Below are positions 1 to 9,427 of a DNA stretch of 64,000 bases, piece after piece. Both the position numbers and the translations under genes were made by a program. The notes beneath the pieces are model-generated. The model was not told where the DNA came from. It made no database searches and worked only from the letters and a program-made list of their open reading frames with translations. The stretch is from Haliangiales bacterium (GTDB lineage Bacteria > Myxococcota_A > Polyangia > Haliangiales > Haliangiaceae). How positions within the stretch are numbered: position 1 is the stretch's first letter; the number at the start of each line of letters is the position of its first letter. The stretch spans positions 21,117 to 85,116 of the forward strand of contig JAYRZI010000002.1 in NCBI GenBank assembly GCA_041916575.1. Direction: 5' to 3'.

Positions 1-4
1 CGCG

Positions 5-1117
5 ATGCTGCTGTTTCTCACCAACCTGGTGGCCATCGTCGTCATCGGCACGGTGTCCTTCGTGGCCGCCGGCTTTGGCCAGGTGGAGGTGGTCGCGCTC
101 GAGCGCGAGGAGCTCAAGAAGGAGGTCAGCGAGGCCAAGTTCGCGCGCGCGCTGGCTCGCCGCTTGTCGCGGCTGTTCGAGTCGCGCTGGGGCCCGGTGC
201 TGCGCTTCCTCATGCCGTTCGCTCTCTTGGCCGCGGTGTACGTGCCGCTGCGCAGCGCGCTCGACGAGGTCGCCTGGCAGGTGCGGGTGCGCGCCGCGGT
301 CCGCGAAACCATCGCCCGCGAGCCGATGCGCGTGGTGCAGAGCCGCGTGCGCGTGGAGCGCCACGAGGTCGATGTGGTGGTGGTCGTGCTCGGCAAGGCT
401 GCCGACGCCGAGCGGATCCGCGCCACGCTAGATGGCGAGCTCAGGAAGGCCGCCGGGGTAACCCCGCGCATCGAGGTGTTCGCCGTCGCCGATGCCAACG
501 CCATCGCCGGTCTGGAATCTTCGCTGTTGTCGACGCATCGCGTGGAGGCCCCGACCGTGCCGCAGCCGTCGCCCGAGGAGCAGCTCGATGACGTCGCGGC
601 CAGGATGCGCGAGATCGTAACCGGCGTGTGGCCCAAGCAAGTCGCCGGCACGCCGCTGGCGATCGAGCTGGGCACCGAGCCGTCCGGACCGCTTGGGCTT
701 CGCATCACCCACCTAGGCGCTCCGCTCTCTGCCGAGGCACAGGAGACCTTGCGGCTGGCGATCGGCAAGGAGCTTGCGCGAGAGGTCGAGATCTCGGCGG
801 TTGCGCTGCCGTCGACCCAGCTCACGCGCGATGGCGGAGATCTGGCGCTGGTGGCACAAGTGTCCTCGGCGCTACGCGTCGCCGCTGGCCTGGGCGCCGG
901 TCGCGACGTTCGGGTCTGCGTGACCCGGCCCGCCGATCGCCGGCGGCCGCCGCCAGCCGATCTCGCGCTGGCGGCGGCGCTCGACGCCGCGCTGTCCTCG
1001 TTCCCGAAAGTCACCACTGTCGCCGGCGCCTCGTGGGCGGTGCAGTTCGTGGTGGGCGACTGCCCGCCGCCGCAGGTGGCCCCCGGGCCGCCGCCGGGCC
1101 CGCTGGCCCCGCGTTAG
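5..1117 (+). CDS. Hypothetical protein, C-terminal portion. The ORF opens at position 5 and the gene probably starts upstream of the window. It has a hydrophobic N-terminal segment followed by an Ala/Arg/Pro-rich tail.
   Basis: Long ORF with protein-like, diverse composition on the + strand. The overlapping - strand ORFs look like antisense artefacts. No family recognised. Confidence 0.45.
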   Translation: MLLFLTNLVAIVVIGTVSFVAAGFGQVEVVALEREELKKEVSEAKFARALARRLSRLFESRWGPVLRFLMPFALLAAVYVPLRSALDEVAWQVRVRAAVRETIAREPMRVVQSRVRVERHEVDVVVVVLGKAADAERIRATLDGELRKAAGVTPRIEVFAVADANAIAGLESSLLSTHRVEAPTVPQPSPEEQLDDVAARMREIVTGVWPKQVAGTPLAIELGTEPSGPLGLRITHLGAPLSAEAQETLRLAIGKELAREVEISAVALPSTQLTRDGGDLALVAQVSSALRVAAGLGAGRDVRVCVTRPADRRRPPPADLALAAALDAALSSFPKVTTVAGASWAVQFVVGDCPPPQVAPGPPPGPLAPR

Positions 1118-1162
1118 CTCGCTGGCCTCGCGGCTGCCGCGTGCCGGCTTTCTCAGGTGGCC

Positions 1163-2143
1163 TCACGCTCGCGCCAGCGGCGTCACGGCGCGCGGCCTGG
1201 CGCCGCTGAGCGGGGTGACCAGCACCGAGCGCTTGGCGCGGTTGACCACCTGCGCCGCCACGCTGCCGCAGATCATCCGATCGAACCAGCTACGCCGGCG
1301 CGTGCCCACGACCACCAAGTCGGCGTCGCGCTCGCGGGCCTCGCCAAGGATGGCATCCACCGGGTTCATCTCCTGGCGCACCACCGCTTCTGCATCGCCG
1401 GGCAGCTTGGCGGCCAGCTCGGCCATGCGCGCACCCCGCGCGCCATGGAGCGAATCGCCCGGCAGCACCGTCACCGGCCACGACAACTCGAGTCCGACCG
1501 CCACCGCCAGCGGATTGACATTGTGCACGGCGACCAGCGGCGCGTCGAGCCGGCGCCCGAGCTCCGCGGCCTTGCGCAACACGGGGTAGCCCACTGCTTC
1601 GAGGTCGGTGGCCGCCACGATGCTCTCGCCGTGGGTGGCATCGCGCGCGACCAGCACCGGGGTATTGGTGGCGCGCACCAGCGACGTGACCAACGCCCCG
1701 GCGCGCTGACCCCTCGCCGGCATCACGATGAGCTGCGGCGAGAGCTCGGCGGAGCGGACGGCGACCTGCTCGACGTACTCTCCGTGTGCGATGATGAAGG
1801 TCTCCACGTAGGTCGCCTCATCGGCGAGCACGCTCTCGAGCCAGGTGCGCGTGGAGCGCCCGGCGCGCAGCGTGTGCTCGATGGCCCGCATCGCGTCGAG
1901 TAAGTTTTGCTGCGGGAAGATGGTGTTGACGTACATCGGCCCCGGCAGCACCCGCAGCACGTGTAGCTCGGCATCGAGCACGCGGGCCAGCGCGTGGGCT
2001 CGCAGCAGGCTCGCGGTGGGGAGCTCGTCATCGGCCAGCGCTAGCAGGACCGTGGCGCGCTCGGCGCCGGTGCGTGGTCGCAGGTTTCGGTCTTCGGTCG
2101 CTTCTTCGCGCTGGGGGAGCTCGGTGGTGGTGGCAAGGTTCAT
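1163..2143 (-). CDS. Universal stress protein with two tandem UspA domains
   Basis: 326-aa ORF with two repeats of the Usp fold. C-terminal motif ...DLVVVGTRRRSWFDRMICGSVAAQVVNRAKRSVLVTP is typical of UspA-family ATP-binding proteins. Confidence 0.75.
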   Translation of the reverse strand: MNLATTTELPQREEATEDRNLRPRTGAERATVLLALADDELPTASLLRAHALARVLDAELHVLRVLPGPMYVNTIFPQQNLLDAMRAIEHTLRAGRSTRTWLESVLADEATYVETFIIAHGEYVEQVAVRSAELSPQLIVMPARGQRAGALVTSLVRATNTPVLVARDATHGESIVAATDLEAVGYPVLRKAAELGRRLDAPLVAVHNVNPLAVAVGLELSWPVTVLPGDSLHGARGARMAELAAKLPGDAEAVVRQEMNPVDAILGEARERDADLVVVGTRRRSWFDRMICGSVAAQVVNRAKRSVLVTPLSGARPRAVTPLARA

Positions 2144-2575
2144 GCGTACTCCTTTCGGGAGGTGAGGTGGGTTCGCGGGGCGCGCGCGCGGTGGCGACGA
2201 GCGCGCATGGCTCGCCTGTGCCTTCGCAGAGGCCGCTCGAGCAGCTCGGTGCCCCCGGGGATGGCCCCGGACGCCGAGTCGGCGTTCTCATCGCTGGTCA
2301 CGACGGGGCCGTAGCCACGCCAGAGGTGGACGCGGAACGCAGCGCTGTTGGGCGCGCGGGCGGTCAGCCGGACCCGGACCCGAAGAGGTCGGCTCTCGAA
2401 GCGACGCGGCGCACTCCCAACGGCGCGCCTCGCGACGCACGCGTCTTCGTGGCCCTGACTTGCTTCGATTCGAGGTTCGGTCGGCATGGGGTTCCTTTCG
2501 TGCAATCCATCTTCTGCGATCTGGGGATTGTGCGGAAGAACGAAAAAGAAGCACGCCTTGTCGGAATAAGCGACA

Positions 2576-3538
2576 ATGAAGCCCATGCAGTGGCTGAACT
2601 ATCACCACCTCTATTACTTCTCCATGATCGTGCAGGAGGGCGGGGTGGCTGCGGCGGCGCGCAAGCTGCGGCTCACTCACTCGACGCTCAGCGCGCAGCT
2701 GCGCGCGCTCGAAGCGCACCTCGGCGCGCCGCTTTTCGAGCGCCGCGGCAAGCGCCTGGTGCTCACCGCCTTCGGAGAAGAGGCCGCGGGCTACGCCGCA
2801 GACATCTTCCGACTCGGACGTGAACTCGGCGACGTCGCGCGCGGACGCAGCGGCTCCACTCGCCAGGCTCTGCGCGTGGGGGTGGCGCCTGGGATCCCAA
2901 AGGCCCTGGCAGCCCGCCTGCTGGGGCCCGCGCTGGACGAGCCCGGATTCGCGCTCGAGGTCCGCCACGCCGAGATCGTGCGACTGCTCGAGACGCTGGC
3001 GGCAGGAAGGCTGCACGTAGTGCTCACCAACGACGTCCCCACGCTCGCCCATGGAACGAAGCTGCACACCCACGCGCTCGGCGAGAACGAGGTACTGCTA
3101 TTCGCGAGCCGCCCCCTCGCACGGAGAGCCAAAGCGGAATACCCGCGCAGCCTGGAGAAGGTGCCGCTGCTACTGCCACCAGTCGGCGCGCCCCTACGTC
3201 GCCGGCTCGATGCCTGGCTCGCCAAGCACAAAGTGGCCGCCCGCGCCCTGGTGGAAGTCGACGACGCCGGCCTCCTGCGCGCCCTGGGCGCCGCCGGCCG
3301 CGGCGTGTTCCCCGTCCGCTCCGCGCTCCGCACCGAGATGGAAGAACTCCACGGCCTGACATTGGTCGGCCACTGCGAAGACGTACAAGAACCAACCTTC
3401 GCCGTCACCACCGAACGCCGCCTCCGACACCCCGGCGTGGCCGCCATCATCGAAGGCGCCCGAACCGCACTCGCCCCCCAAAAACACGGACCTCGCTCTC
3501 CGCCGAAAAACAAACACTCGATCTCCAAAACTAAATAG
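2576..3538 (+). CDS. LysR-family transcriptional regulator
   Basis: N-terminal HTH MKPMQWLNYHHLYYFSMIVQEGGVAAAARKLRLTHSTLSAQLRALE, followed by a LysR substrate-binding domain of typical length. Divergent from the usp gene, the usual LysR arrangement. Confidence 0.85.
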   Translation: MKPMQWLNYHHLYYFSMIVQEGGVAAAARKLRLTHSTLSAQLRALEAHLGAPLFERRGKRLVLTAFGEEAAGYAADIFRLGRELGDVARGRSGSTRQALRVGVAPGIPKALAARLLGPALDEPGFALEVRHAEIVRLLETLAAGRLHVVLTNDVPTLAHGTKLHTHALGENEVLLFASRPLARRAKAEYPRSLEKVPLLLPPVGAPLRRRLDAWLAKHKVAARALVEVDDAGLLRALGAAGRGVFPVRSALRTEMEELHGLTLVGHCEDVQEPTFAVTTERRLRHPGVAAIIEGARTALAPQKHGPRSPPKNKHSISKTK

Positions 3539-3646
3539 AAACTCAGGATCTCCGAAACCCGCAGAGGCTGCGGGCGGTCTGGAGAAGCCCGCCGCCCCAC
3601 AAGACACGCCCTGGCCCGCCACCGTCCGCCAGCCCCGCCCCCGAGC

Positions 3647-3677
<31 letters not shown>

Positions 3678-3949
3678 CTGGGCGCCCCGCGATCTCCGCC
3701 GAAATTCAAACTCACGATCTCCGAAACCAAAACAAAAAAGATCAGAGTCTCCGAAACCCGCAGGGGCTGTGGGCGGTGTGGAGAAGCGCGCCGCCCCCCA
3801 TCAGGCACGCCCCGGCCCCATGAGCCCTCGCGCGCTTCTCCAAGGGCTGTGGAGTGCGCCGCGCTATCCCTCTATCGAAGGCACGCCCCCGCCGCCCGCG
3901 GCGCGGCCACTCCACCAGCCCGCCACCGTCCACCAGCCCCGCCCCCGAG

Positions 3950-3976
3950 CCTCTCTCTCTCTCTCTCTCTCTCTCC
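3950..3976. repeat. (CT)n dinucleotide microsatellite, about 13 units, inside a REP-like unit
   Basis: Uninterrupted ctctct... run visible in the sequence. Confidence 0.9.
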
Positions 3977-4322
3977 TGGGCGCCCCGCGATCTCCGCCAA
4001 AAATCAACAATCGATCTCCGAAGACCAAAAACAAAAAAACTCAGGGCCTCCGATACCCGCAGGGCTGTGGGCGGTGTGGAGAAGCGCGCCGTCCCCCAAG
4101 GCACGCCCTGGCCCCATGAGCCCTCGTGCGCTTCTCCAAGGGCTGTGGAGTGCGCCGCGCTATCCCTCTATCGAAGGCACGCCCCCGCCACCCCTAGCGC
4201 GGCCACTCCACCAGCCCGCCACCGTCCACCAGCCCCGCCCCCGAGTCCCAAACAAAGCCCATCGAGAATCATTGTTTTAGATATTAATATTCGCACCTCA
4301 CAGACTGTGAGTCTGTTAGTCA

Positions 4323-5144
4323 TTGCCACTTCCCTTCGTTCACTCGCCAGTCCAAAGTGAGACCATGAGCAGGGGAGGGACCCATACTCCATCGCGCCGC
4401 GCCAGCCGCGCTACCCAGCCAGCGCAGCTCACCCTGGACAGCGCGCGCAAACCCAGCGGACGCGGCGGCTGGCGTCCGGGCGCCGGACGCCCCCGCGGCC
4501 GCCGAAACGCACAGACTTGCAGCCACACCGCTCGCGCCCGCTTTTCCTCGCGCGCCCCCGCCCATATCACCCTGCGCATCGCTGCAGATGTGCCCTCGCT
4601 ACGCCAGAGCGCCGCCGTGGCCCTGGTGCGCACCACCCTAGCCGCCAGCCACACCGAGACCTTCCTCATCCTCGAGTTCAACGTGCTCTCGAACCACATC
4701 CACCTTCTCATCGAGGCGGATGACCAGACCGCGCTGACCCAGGGCATGCGCGCCCTGAACGTGCGCCTGGCCCGGCGCCTCAACCGCCACTTCACCCGCC
4801 GCGGACCCGTGCTCGCCGAGCGCTACCACGCCCGCCGCCTGGCCACCCCGCGCGAAGTCCGCAACGTCCTGCGCTACGTGCTGCTAAACGCCCGCCACCA
4901 CGCCGCCCAGCGCGGCCAGCGCCTGGCCCGCGGCTGGCTCGACCCCGCATCCAGCGCCGCCTGGTTCGACGGCTGGAGCCACCCAGAACACGCAGATCGC
5001 AGCGCCTACTGGATCGTGCAGCTCCAGCGCATCCCGCGCCCAACGCGCGCGCCCCGCACCTGGCTCTGCGCCATCGGCTGGCGCCGCCACGGCCTGCTCG
5101 CGATCGATGACATCCCCGGCGACGTCCCCAGCAACCCTCCGTGA
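4323..5144 (+). CDS. REP-associated tyrosine transposase (RAYT; IS200/IS605-like TnpA_REP, HUH endonuclease superfamily). The real start is possibly the Met at 4365.
   Basis: HUH motif NHIHLLIEADD and Tyr-containing motif RYHARRLATPREVRNVLRYVLLNARHH parallel the E. coli TnpA_REP motifs HMHCIW and RFWEHAIRNTKDYRHHVDYIYINPVKH. The gene is flanked on both sides by REP-like repeats in inverted orientation. An AT-rich putative promoter with a small palindrome CAGACTGTGAGTCTG lies just upstream. Confidence 0.75.
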   Translation: MPLPFVHSPVQSETMSRGGTHTPSRRASRATQPAQLTLDSARKPSGRGGWRPGAGRPRGRRNAQTCSHTARARFSSRAPAHITLRIAADVPSLRQSAAVALVRTTLAASHTETFLILEFNVLSNHIHLLIEADDQTALTQGMRALNVRLARRLNRHFTRRGPVLAERYHARRLATPREVRNVLRYVLLNARHHAAQRGQRLARGWLDPASSAAWFDGWSHPEHADRSAYWIVQLQRIPRPTRAPRTWLCAIGWRRHGLLAIDDIPGDVPSNPP

Positions 5145-5149
5145 AGGGC

Positions 5150-5670
5150 TCATGGTCGGGGCTATGGACGGTGGCGGGGCTGGTGGAGTGTCCGCGTAGG
5201 CAGTAACGCAATCGTACCTGTCATCGAGGAGGTGCGCGGAGCACTCCACAGCCCCTTGGAGAAGCGCCTGGCGAGCGTGGGCCAGGGCATGCCTTCATAT
5301 CCGGCGCGCTTCTCCACACCGCCCACAGCCCCTGCGGGTACCAGAGCCCTGAGTTTGATGTTTTTTGGCGAAGAAGAAGATCGGCAGTGTGGAGGTGGAG
5401 AGATCGCGCGCAGCGGTGGATGGCGCGCGGGGCGGAGGACTCTTGCGCGAGGTGCCGGCATGGTCGGGGCTATGGACGGTGGCGGGGCTGGTGGAGTGTC
5501 CGCGTAGGCAGTAACGCAATCGTACCTGTCATCGAGGAGGTGCGCGGAGCACTCCACAGCCCCTTGGAGAAGCGCGCGAGGGCACATGGGGCCAGGGCGT
5601 GCCTGGTGGGGGCGGCGCGCTTCTCCACACCGCCCACAGCCCCTGCGGGTACCAGAGCCCTGAGATCCTT
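5150..5670 (-). repeat. Two REP/BIME-like units in reverse orientation downstream of RAYT. Their first ~100 bp are identical (5153-5250 and 5465-5560).
   Basis: GGTCGGGGCTATGGACGGTGGCGGGGCTGGTGGAGTGTCCGCGTAGGCAGTAACGCAATCGTACCTGTCATCGAGGAGGTGCGCGGAGCACTCCACAGCCCCTTGGAGAAGCGC occurs twice verbatim. It is the reverse complement of the upstream unit motif ...CTTCTCCAAGGGCTGTGGAGTGCGC... Confidence 0.6.
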
Positions 5671-5856
5671 CGCTACGACGGCTGCGCGACGAGACACGGC
5701 TGACGCGGGCGCACGCGCTGCTAGCCGACCCGGCGTGGTCCATCCTCGAGATCTCGCTCGAGCTGGGGTTTGCAGATGCCAGCACCTTCGCTCGTGCGTT
5801 TCGCCGATGGACCAGGGGTTCGCCGAGCGAGCTGCGCAGCCGAGGCGCGCGCTGAG
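5664..5856 (+). pseudogene. C-terminal fragment (~64 codons) of an AraC-family transcriptional regulator, truncated at its 5' side by the REP insertion zone
   Basis: In-frame translation DPSLRRLRDETRLTRAHALLADPAWSILEISLELGFADASTFARAFRRWTRGSPSELRSRGAR* is the second helix-turn-helix of the AraC/XylS family (GFxDxSxFxRxFRRxxGxSPSExR). There is no upstream N-terminal domain; REP repeats sit there instead. Confidence 0.45.
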
Positions 5857-5880
5857 ACGTCCGGCCTTCGGACTCGATCG

Positions 5881-6438
5881 CTACAGCAACGCGAGCATCT
5901 CCTCGCTCGTCACCACCGTCGCGAACTCTCCATGTAGCTCGGCCATGCCGGCCTCGTGCATCAGCTCGGCGGGCAGCATGCGCCCTGTCGGCGAGCGCAT
6001 GGCGAATGCCACGGTGCAGTCGCTGATCACATAGGCGCGAAAGCCAAGGTTGCCGGCCATGCGCGTCGTCGTAGACACGCAATGGTTGGCGGTGAAGCCG
6101 CACAGGACCACGGTGTCGCAGCCGGCGGCGCGCAGCCGCGTTTCTAGATCCGTGCCGATGAAGGCGGAGTTGACGTTCTTGCCGATCACCGGCTCGCCGG
6201 GCAGCGGCTGTGCCTCGTCCTTGATCGCGTTGCCCGGCGCGTCTGGGCGCAGCGCCGATTGCGGCTCGGTGGAGTCGTGGCGCACGTGCACCACCGGCCG
6301 GCCGCTGGCGCGCCACGCCGCCAGGAGCCGCGCGATGGTGGCTTCCGCCTCGGGGTGGCTGCGCACGCCCCAGTACGGCTCATCGAACCCCTTCTGCACG
6401 TCGATCAACACCAAGGTAGCGCTCGTGGGTAGCGACAT
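5881..6438 (-). CDS. Isochorismatase-family (cysteine) hydrolase
   Basis: 185 aa. Motifs VLIDVQKGF, DTVVLCGFTANHCVSTTTR (catalytic Cys) and a nearby Lys, typical of the isochorismatase/YcaC fold. It is the last gene of the minus-strand export operon. Confidence 0.85.
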   Translation of the reverse strand: MSLPTSATLVLIDVQKGFDEPYWGVRSHPEAEATIARLLAAWRASGRPVVHVRHDSTEPQSALRPDAPGNAIKDEAQPLPGEPVIGKNVNSAFIGTDLETRLRAAGCDTVVLCGFTANHCVSTTTRMAGNLGFRAYVISDCTVAFAMRSPTGRMLPAELMHEAGMAELHGEFATVVTSEEMLALL

Positions 6439-6453
6439 GCCCCTGGTATCCCG

Positions 6454-7467
6454 CTAGAAGCTCGTGAAGTCCAGCTCGAGCACGGGGATGTCCCCTTCGA
6501 TGTCGCGACGGAAGCGGCCCCAGCGATCCATCGTGTCTTCATCGAGCAGGGCCGGATCGCGGTACTGGTGAAACAGCGCGTAGTTCATGGAGCGCTGTAG
6601 CGCCAGCATGTCCGGCACCGCGGCCAGCCACTCCTTTTCGCACTTGCGCAGCTCGCGATAGCCATCCATGAAGGGCGCGAAGAACTCCGACACCGCCTCT
6701 TCGCGCGAGCCGCGCTCGGCGCCGCGCGCCACGTAGAACACGATCACGGCGAGGTCCTTGACGAACCACGCGTACTCGCAGTTGTCGAAATCGAAGGCGG
6801 TGATCTGGCCATCGGCGAAGCAGAAGTTGTGCGGGTGCAGATCGGCGTGGATGACCCCGTAGTGCTCGGGCGCGCGCGATAGCTCCTTGAGCCGCTCGAT
6901 GATCTTGGCGGTGCGTTCGCGGACCAAGGTCTCATCTTTCGGCGCGAACCGATCGATGTCGACCACGTCGTACTCGTACCACTCCTGGCGCTTGTAGCGC
7001 GGGTTCGAGAGCTTGTAGGTCTGCGCGCGATTGTGCAGGCGCGCGAACAGCCGGCCCAGATCGCGGAACAGGGGCGGCTTCCAGTACACGTCGCGCAGCG
7101 GCGGCACGTCATCGAACACCACGCCAGGCGCGCGCTCGAAGGCGGTGGCCACGAAGTACTGGCCGGGCTCGCTGTCCTCGATCTTCTCGAGGAAGTGGCC
7201 GCGATCGGAGAGCATGGGCTGCGCCACCGGGATGCCGGCGGCGCCCAGGTAGCGCACGAACTCGATCTCGCCCTGGGTGTAATCCATGGTGCGGCGCGCG
7301 CTGTGCGAGATGCGCAGGATCAGCGGATCGCCGTCGGCGTTCTCGGCCTCGTACACGAAGTTCTCGAAGGCGTTGAGCTCGGTGAGCTCCGCCGGGGCCA
7401 GCCCATAGCGACGGGCGGCCTCGTCGCGGAAGCGTTCTTGGAAGCGGCGGACGAGCTCGGGATGCAT
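6454..7467 (-). CDS. Phosphotransferase-family kinase (aminoglycoside phosphotransferase / CotS / homoserine-kinase-II fold)
   Basis: 337 aa. Brenner-type catalytic motif VIHADLHPHNF followed by FDFDNCEYAWFVKDLA, characteristic of the APH fold. Lies 16 bp from the hydrolase gene. Confidence 0.75.
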   Translation of the reverse strand: MHPELVRRFQERFRDEAARRYGLAPAELTELNAFENFVYEAENADGDPLILRISHSARRTMDYTQGEIEFVRYLGAAGIPVAQPMLSDRGHFLEKIEDSEPGQYFVATAFERAPGVVFDDVPPLRDVYWKPPLFRDLGRLFARLHNRAQTYKLSNPRYKRQEWYEYDVVDIDRFAPKDETLVRERTAKIIERLKELSRAPEHYGVIHADLHPHNFCFADGQITAFDFDNCEYAWFVKDLAVIVFYVARGAERGSREEAVSEFFAPFMDGYRELRKCEKEWLAAVPDMLALQRSMNYALFHQYRDPALLDEDTMDRWGRFRRDIEGDIPVLELDFTSF

Positions 7468-7629
7468 CTTGTTACCTTACTCCAGCGCTTCTCTACGTTG
7501 CTCCGCTGGGTTCTGCCTTGGTGGGCGATCTCTTCGTTCGCGCTCGCCGGATACGCATGGTGCCAGGCTCCGCAACGCCTCGAGCTTGCGCGCCATGTCG
7601 TGCGCCCCTGGCTCAACGCGAGGGCCGGG

Positions 7630-9390
7630 TTAGTCGGTCAGGGTCAGGCTGTGGTCTCCGCTGCGCAGCACAGTCGCGCCGGCGTCGGTGGCGATGGTGA
7701 GCCCCAGGCCCGCGGCCAGGGTCTCGTGCATCGGCGGGCCAAAGCGCGGTCGACTGTACATGGCCAGATCTTCGCCGGTCAGCGCTGGGCCCGGCGCGCG
7801 GCGCAGACGCTCGTTGAGCTTGGTCTGCTCGCGGCCGACCAGGCGCAGCGCGCGCCGCTCGAGCGCAAAGGCCTCGGCGGCGACGGCGGCGAGCTCGGCG
7901 ACCAGCGGTGCGGCCGGCAGCCTGTCAGGCACGGCGCGCGCCAGCCATTCGGCCAAGCGGCGCGCGCCCTCTGCTTGCCCCGCGGGATCGAGGCGGAGCG
8001 CCTCGTCGAGCTCGGCCACCTCGATCTTGCCGGCCAGCCCTTCCGCGGCGCGGCCGAACAACCAGCGGCTGGAGCCCTGCTCGACCGCATAGGCCTCGAG
8101 CAGCGGGTGGGTCTCGCGCAGGAGCGGATAGTGCTGGCCGTCGATGGGCGCCTCGAGCCGCTCGCGCAGCGCGCCGGTGACGCCGGCGCCGACGAAGGCG
8201 CGCTCCAGCCGCAGGTGCAAGAGCCCCTGCGAGGCGCCGAGGAAGCGCACCGCAGCCTCGATGCGCTGGCCCAAGAGGCCGTAGTCGATGGCGGCCTCCA
8301 CATCGCCCAGGCGCTGGCTCACCGATGGCTCCACCTGGATCGGCGCGGCCACCTCCCCGGTGAGCACGCGCAAGTACTCATCGATGAGCGCCGGCGGGCC
8401 GGCGCATACGCCGTGGTTGCCGTGATACACGGAGTAGTGGTCGGCGTAGTCGGCGACGATCTGCGCGCTGACCGGGGTGTGGCAGCCGACGCCCTCGGCA
8501 GCGGCGTGCAGCATGTCGGTGGTGACCAGCCGCACGCCATCGACCAGGCGGAACATGGCGGATAGGCCATTGTCGAGCTGGCCGTTGGGCGAGGGATTCT
8601 CGCCGCGCACCATCACGTAACCCACCGAGGCCAGCATGCACACCGCCAGGAAGTGCAGCTCGCCGGAGCGCAGCGCGGCCGGGTCGCGCGGTGGCAGGCG
8701 CTCGAACAGCGCCACCCGGAACTGCTCGGTCAAGGACAGCAGCTCGGGCCAGGCCTTGGCCATGAGCTTGAGCGCGGTGACGTTCATCGGCAGCTCGTCT
8801 TGGAAGCGGCTGCCGGGGTAGTTGCACACCCGGCGCTGGGTGGGCAGATCCAAGAACAGGGTGCGTGGGATGACGTTGTTCTCGCCGACCTGCCGGCCAT
8901 CGGTGTCCATCGCCGGGTGCGCGACCCTGTAGATGGGCACCAGCACCTCGAGGTTGGCCAGGTCGAACGGGCGGCCGAACGCCTCCTCGGTGATGGCCGG
9001 ACAGCGGTTGTCGTGCGCGCTGAAGGTGCGCGGCTCGCGGTCCACGGGCGCCAGCCCCAGCCGTAGCGGGAAGCTCGCGTTCACATCGGCCGGCTCCTCG
9101 GAGTAGCGCTTGAGCACGCGCTGATCGAGGAGCGCCTGAAGCAGCTCGCGGATCTTCTCCCACTCGTGCGGTGCCGCGTTCGACCAGGACCGGGCCTCAT
9201 CGGCGCGGAAGCGCTCGAGCTCGAGCAGCTTCTCTCCCACGGGCGCCAGATCAGGCTCGTCGAAGATGAGCTCGACCTCGCCGTAGAAGAGGTGGAGGAC
9301 GTCCTGGCCCTCTTCATTCTTGAAGCGAGTGTGGGTCAGGCGTCGCCGCTTGGGGATGCAAAGGACCTCGCTCGGTTGTAGTTCCTCCAT
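7630..9390 (-). CDS. Hypothetical protein, 586 aa, with no recognisable family. Contains a His/Cys-rich patch GVGCHTPVSAQIVADYADHYSVYHGNHGVCAG.
   Basis: Protein-like diverse composition, whereas the overlapping + strand ORF 7033..8565 is antisense-like. Sits between the outer-membrane factor gene (38-bp gap) and the kinase gene. Confidence 0.6.
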   Translation of the reverse strand: MEELQPSEVLCIPKRRRLTHTRFKNEEGQDVLHLFYGEVELIFDEPDLAPVGEKLLELERFRADEARSWSNAAPHEWEKIRELLQALLDQRVLKRYSEEPADVNASFPLRLGLAPVDREPRTFSAHDNRCPAITEEAFGRPFDLANLEVLVPIYRVAHPAMDTDGRQVGENNVIPRTLFLDLPTQRRVCNYPGSRFQDELPMNVTALKLMAKAWPELLSLTEQFRVALFERLPPRDPAALRSGELHFLAVCMLASVGYVMVRGENPSPNGQLDNGLSAMFRLVDGVRLVTTDMLHAAAEGVGCHTPVSAQIVADYADHYSVYHGNHGVCAGPPALIDEYLRVLTGEVAAPIQVEPSVSQRLGDVEAAIDYGLLGQRIEAAVRFLGASQGLLHLRLERAFVGAGVTGALRERLEAPIDGQHYPLLRETHPLLEAYAVEQGSSRWLFGRAAEGLAGKIEVAELDEALRLDPAGQAEGARRLAEWLARAVPDRLPAAPLVAELAAVAAEAFALERRALRLVGREQTKLNERLRRAPGPALTGEDLAMYSRPRFGPPMHETLAAGLGLTIATDAGATVLRSGDHSLTLTD

Positions 9391-9427
9391 GGGATGTCCT
9401 CCTTCTCGGTTCTCGATCAGTTCTCGA

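Noticed and set aside
2140-2586. 148-aa minus-strand ORF in the usp-lysR divergent intergenic region
   Set aside because: It overlaps the LysR start and has antisense-like composition. The region is better explained as a divergent promoter/operator zone.
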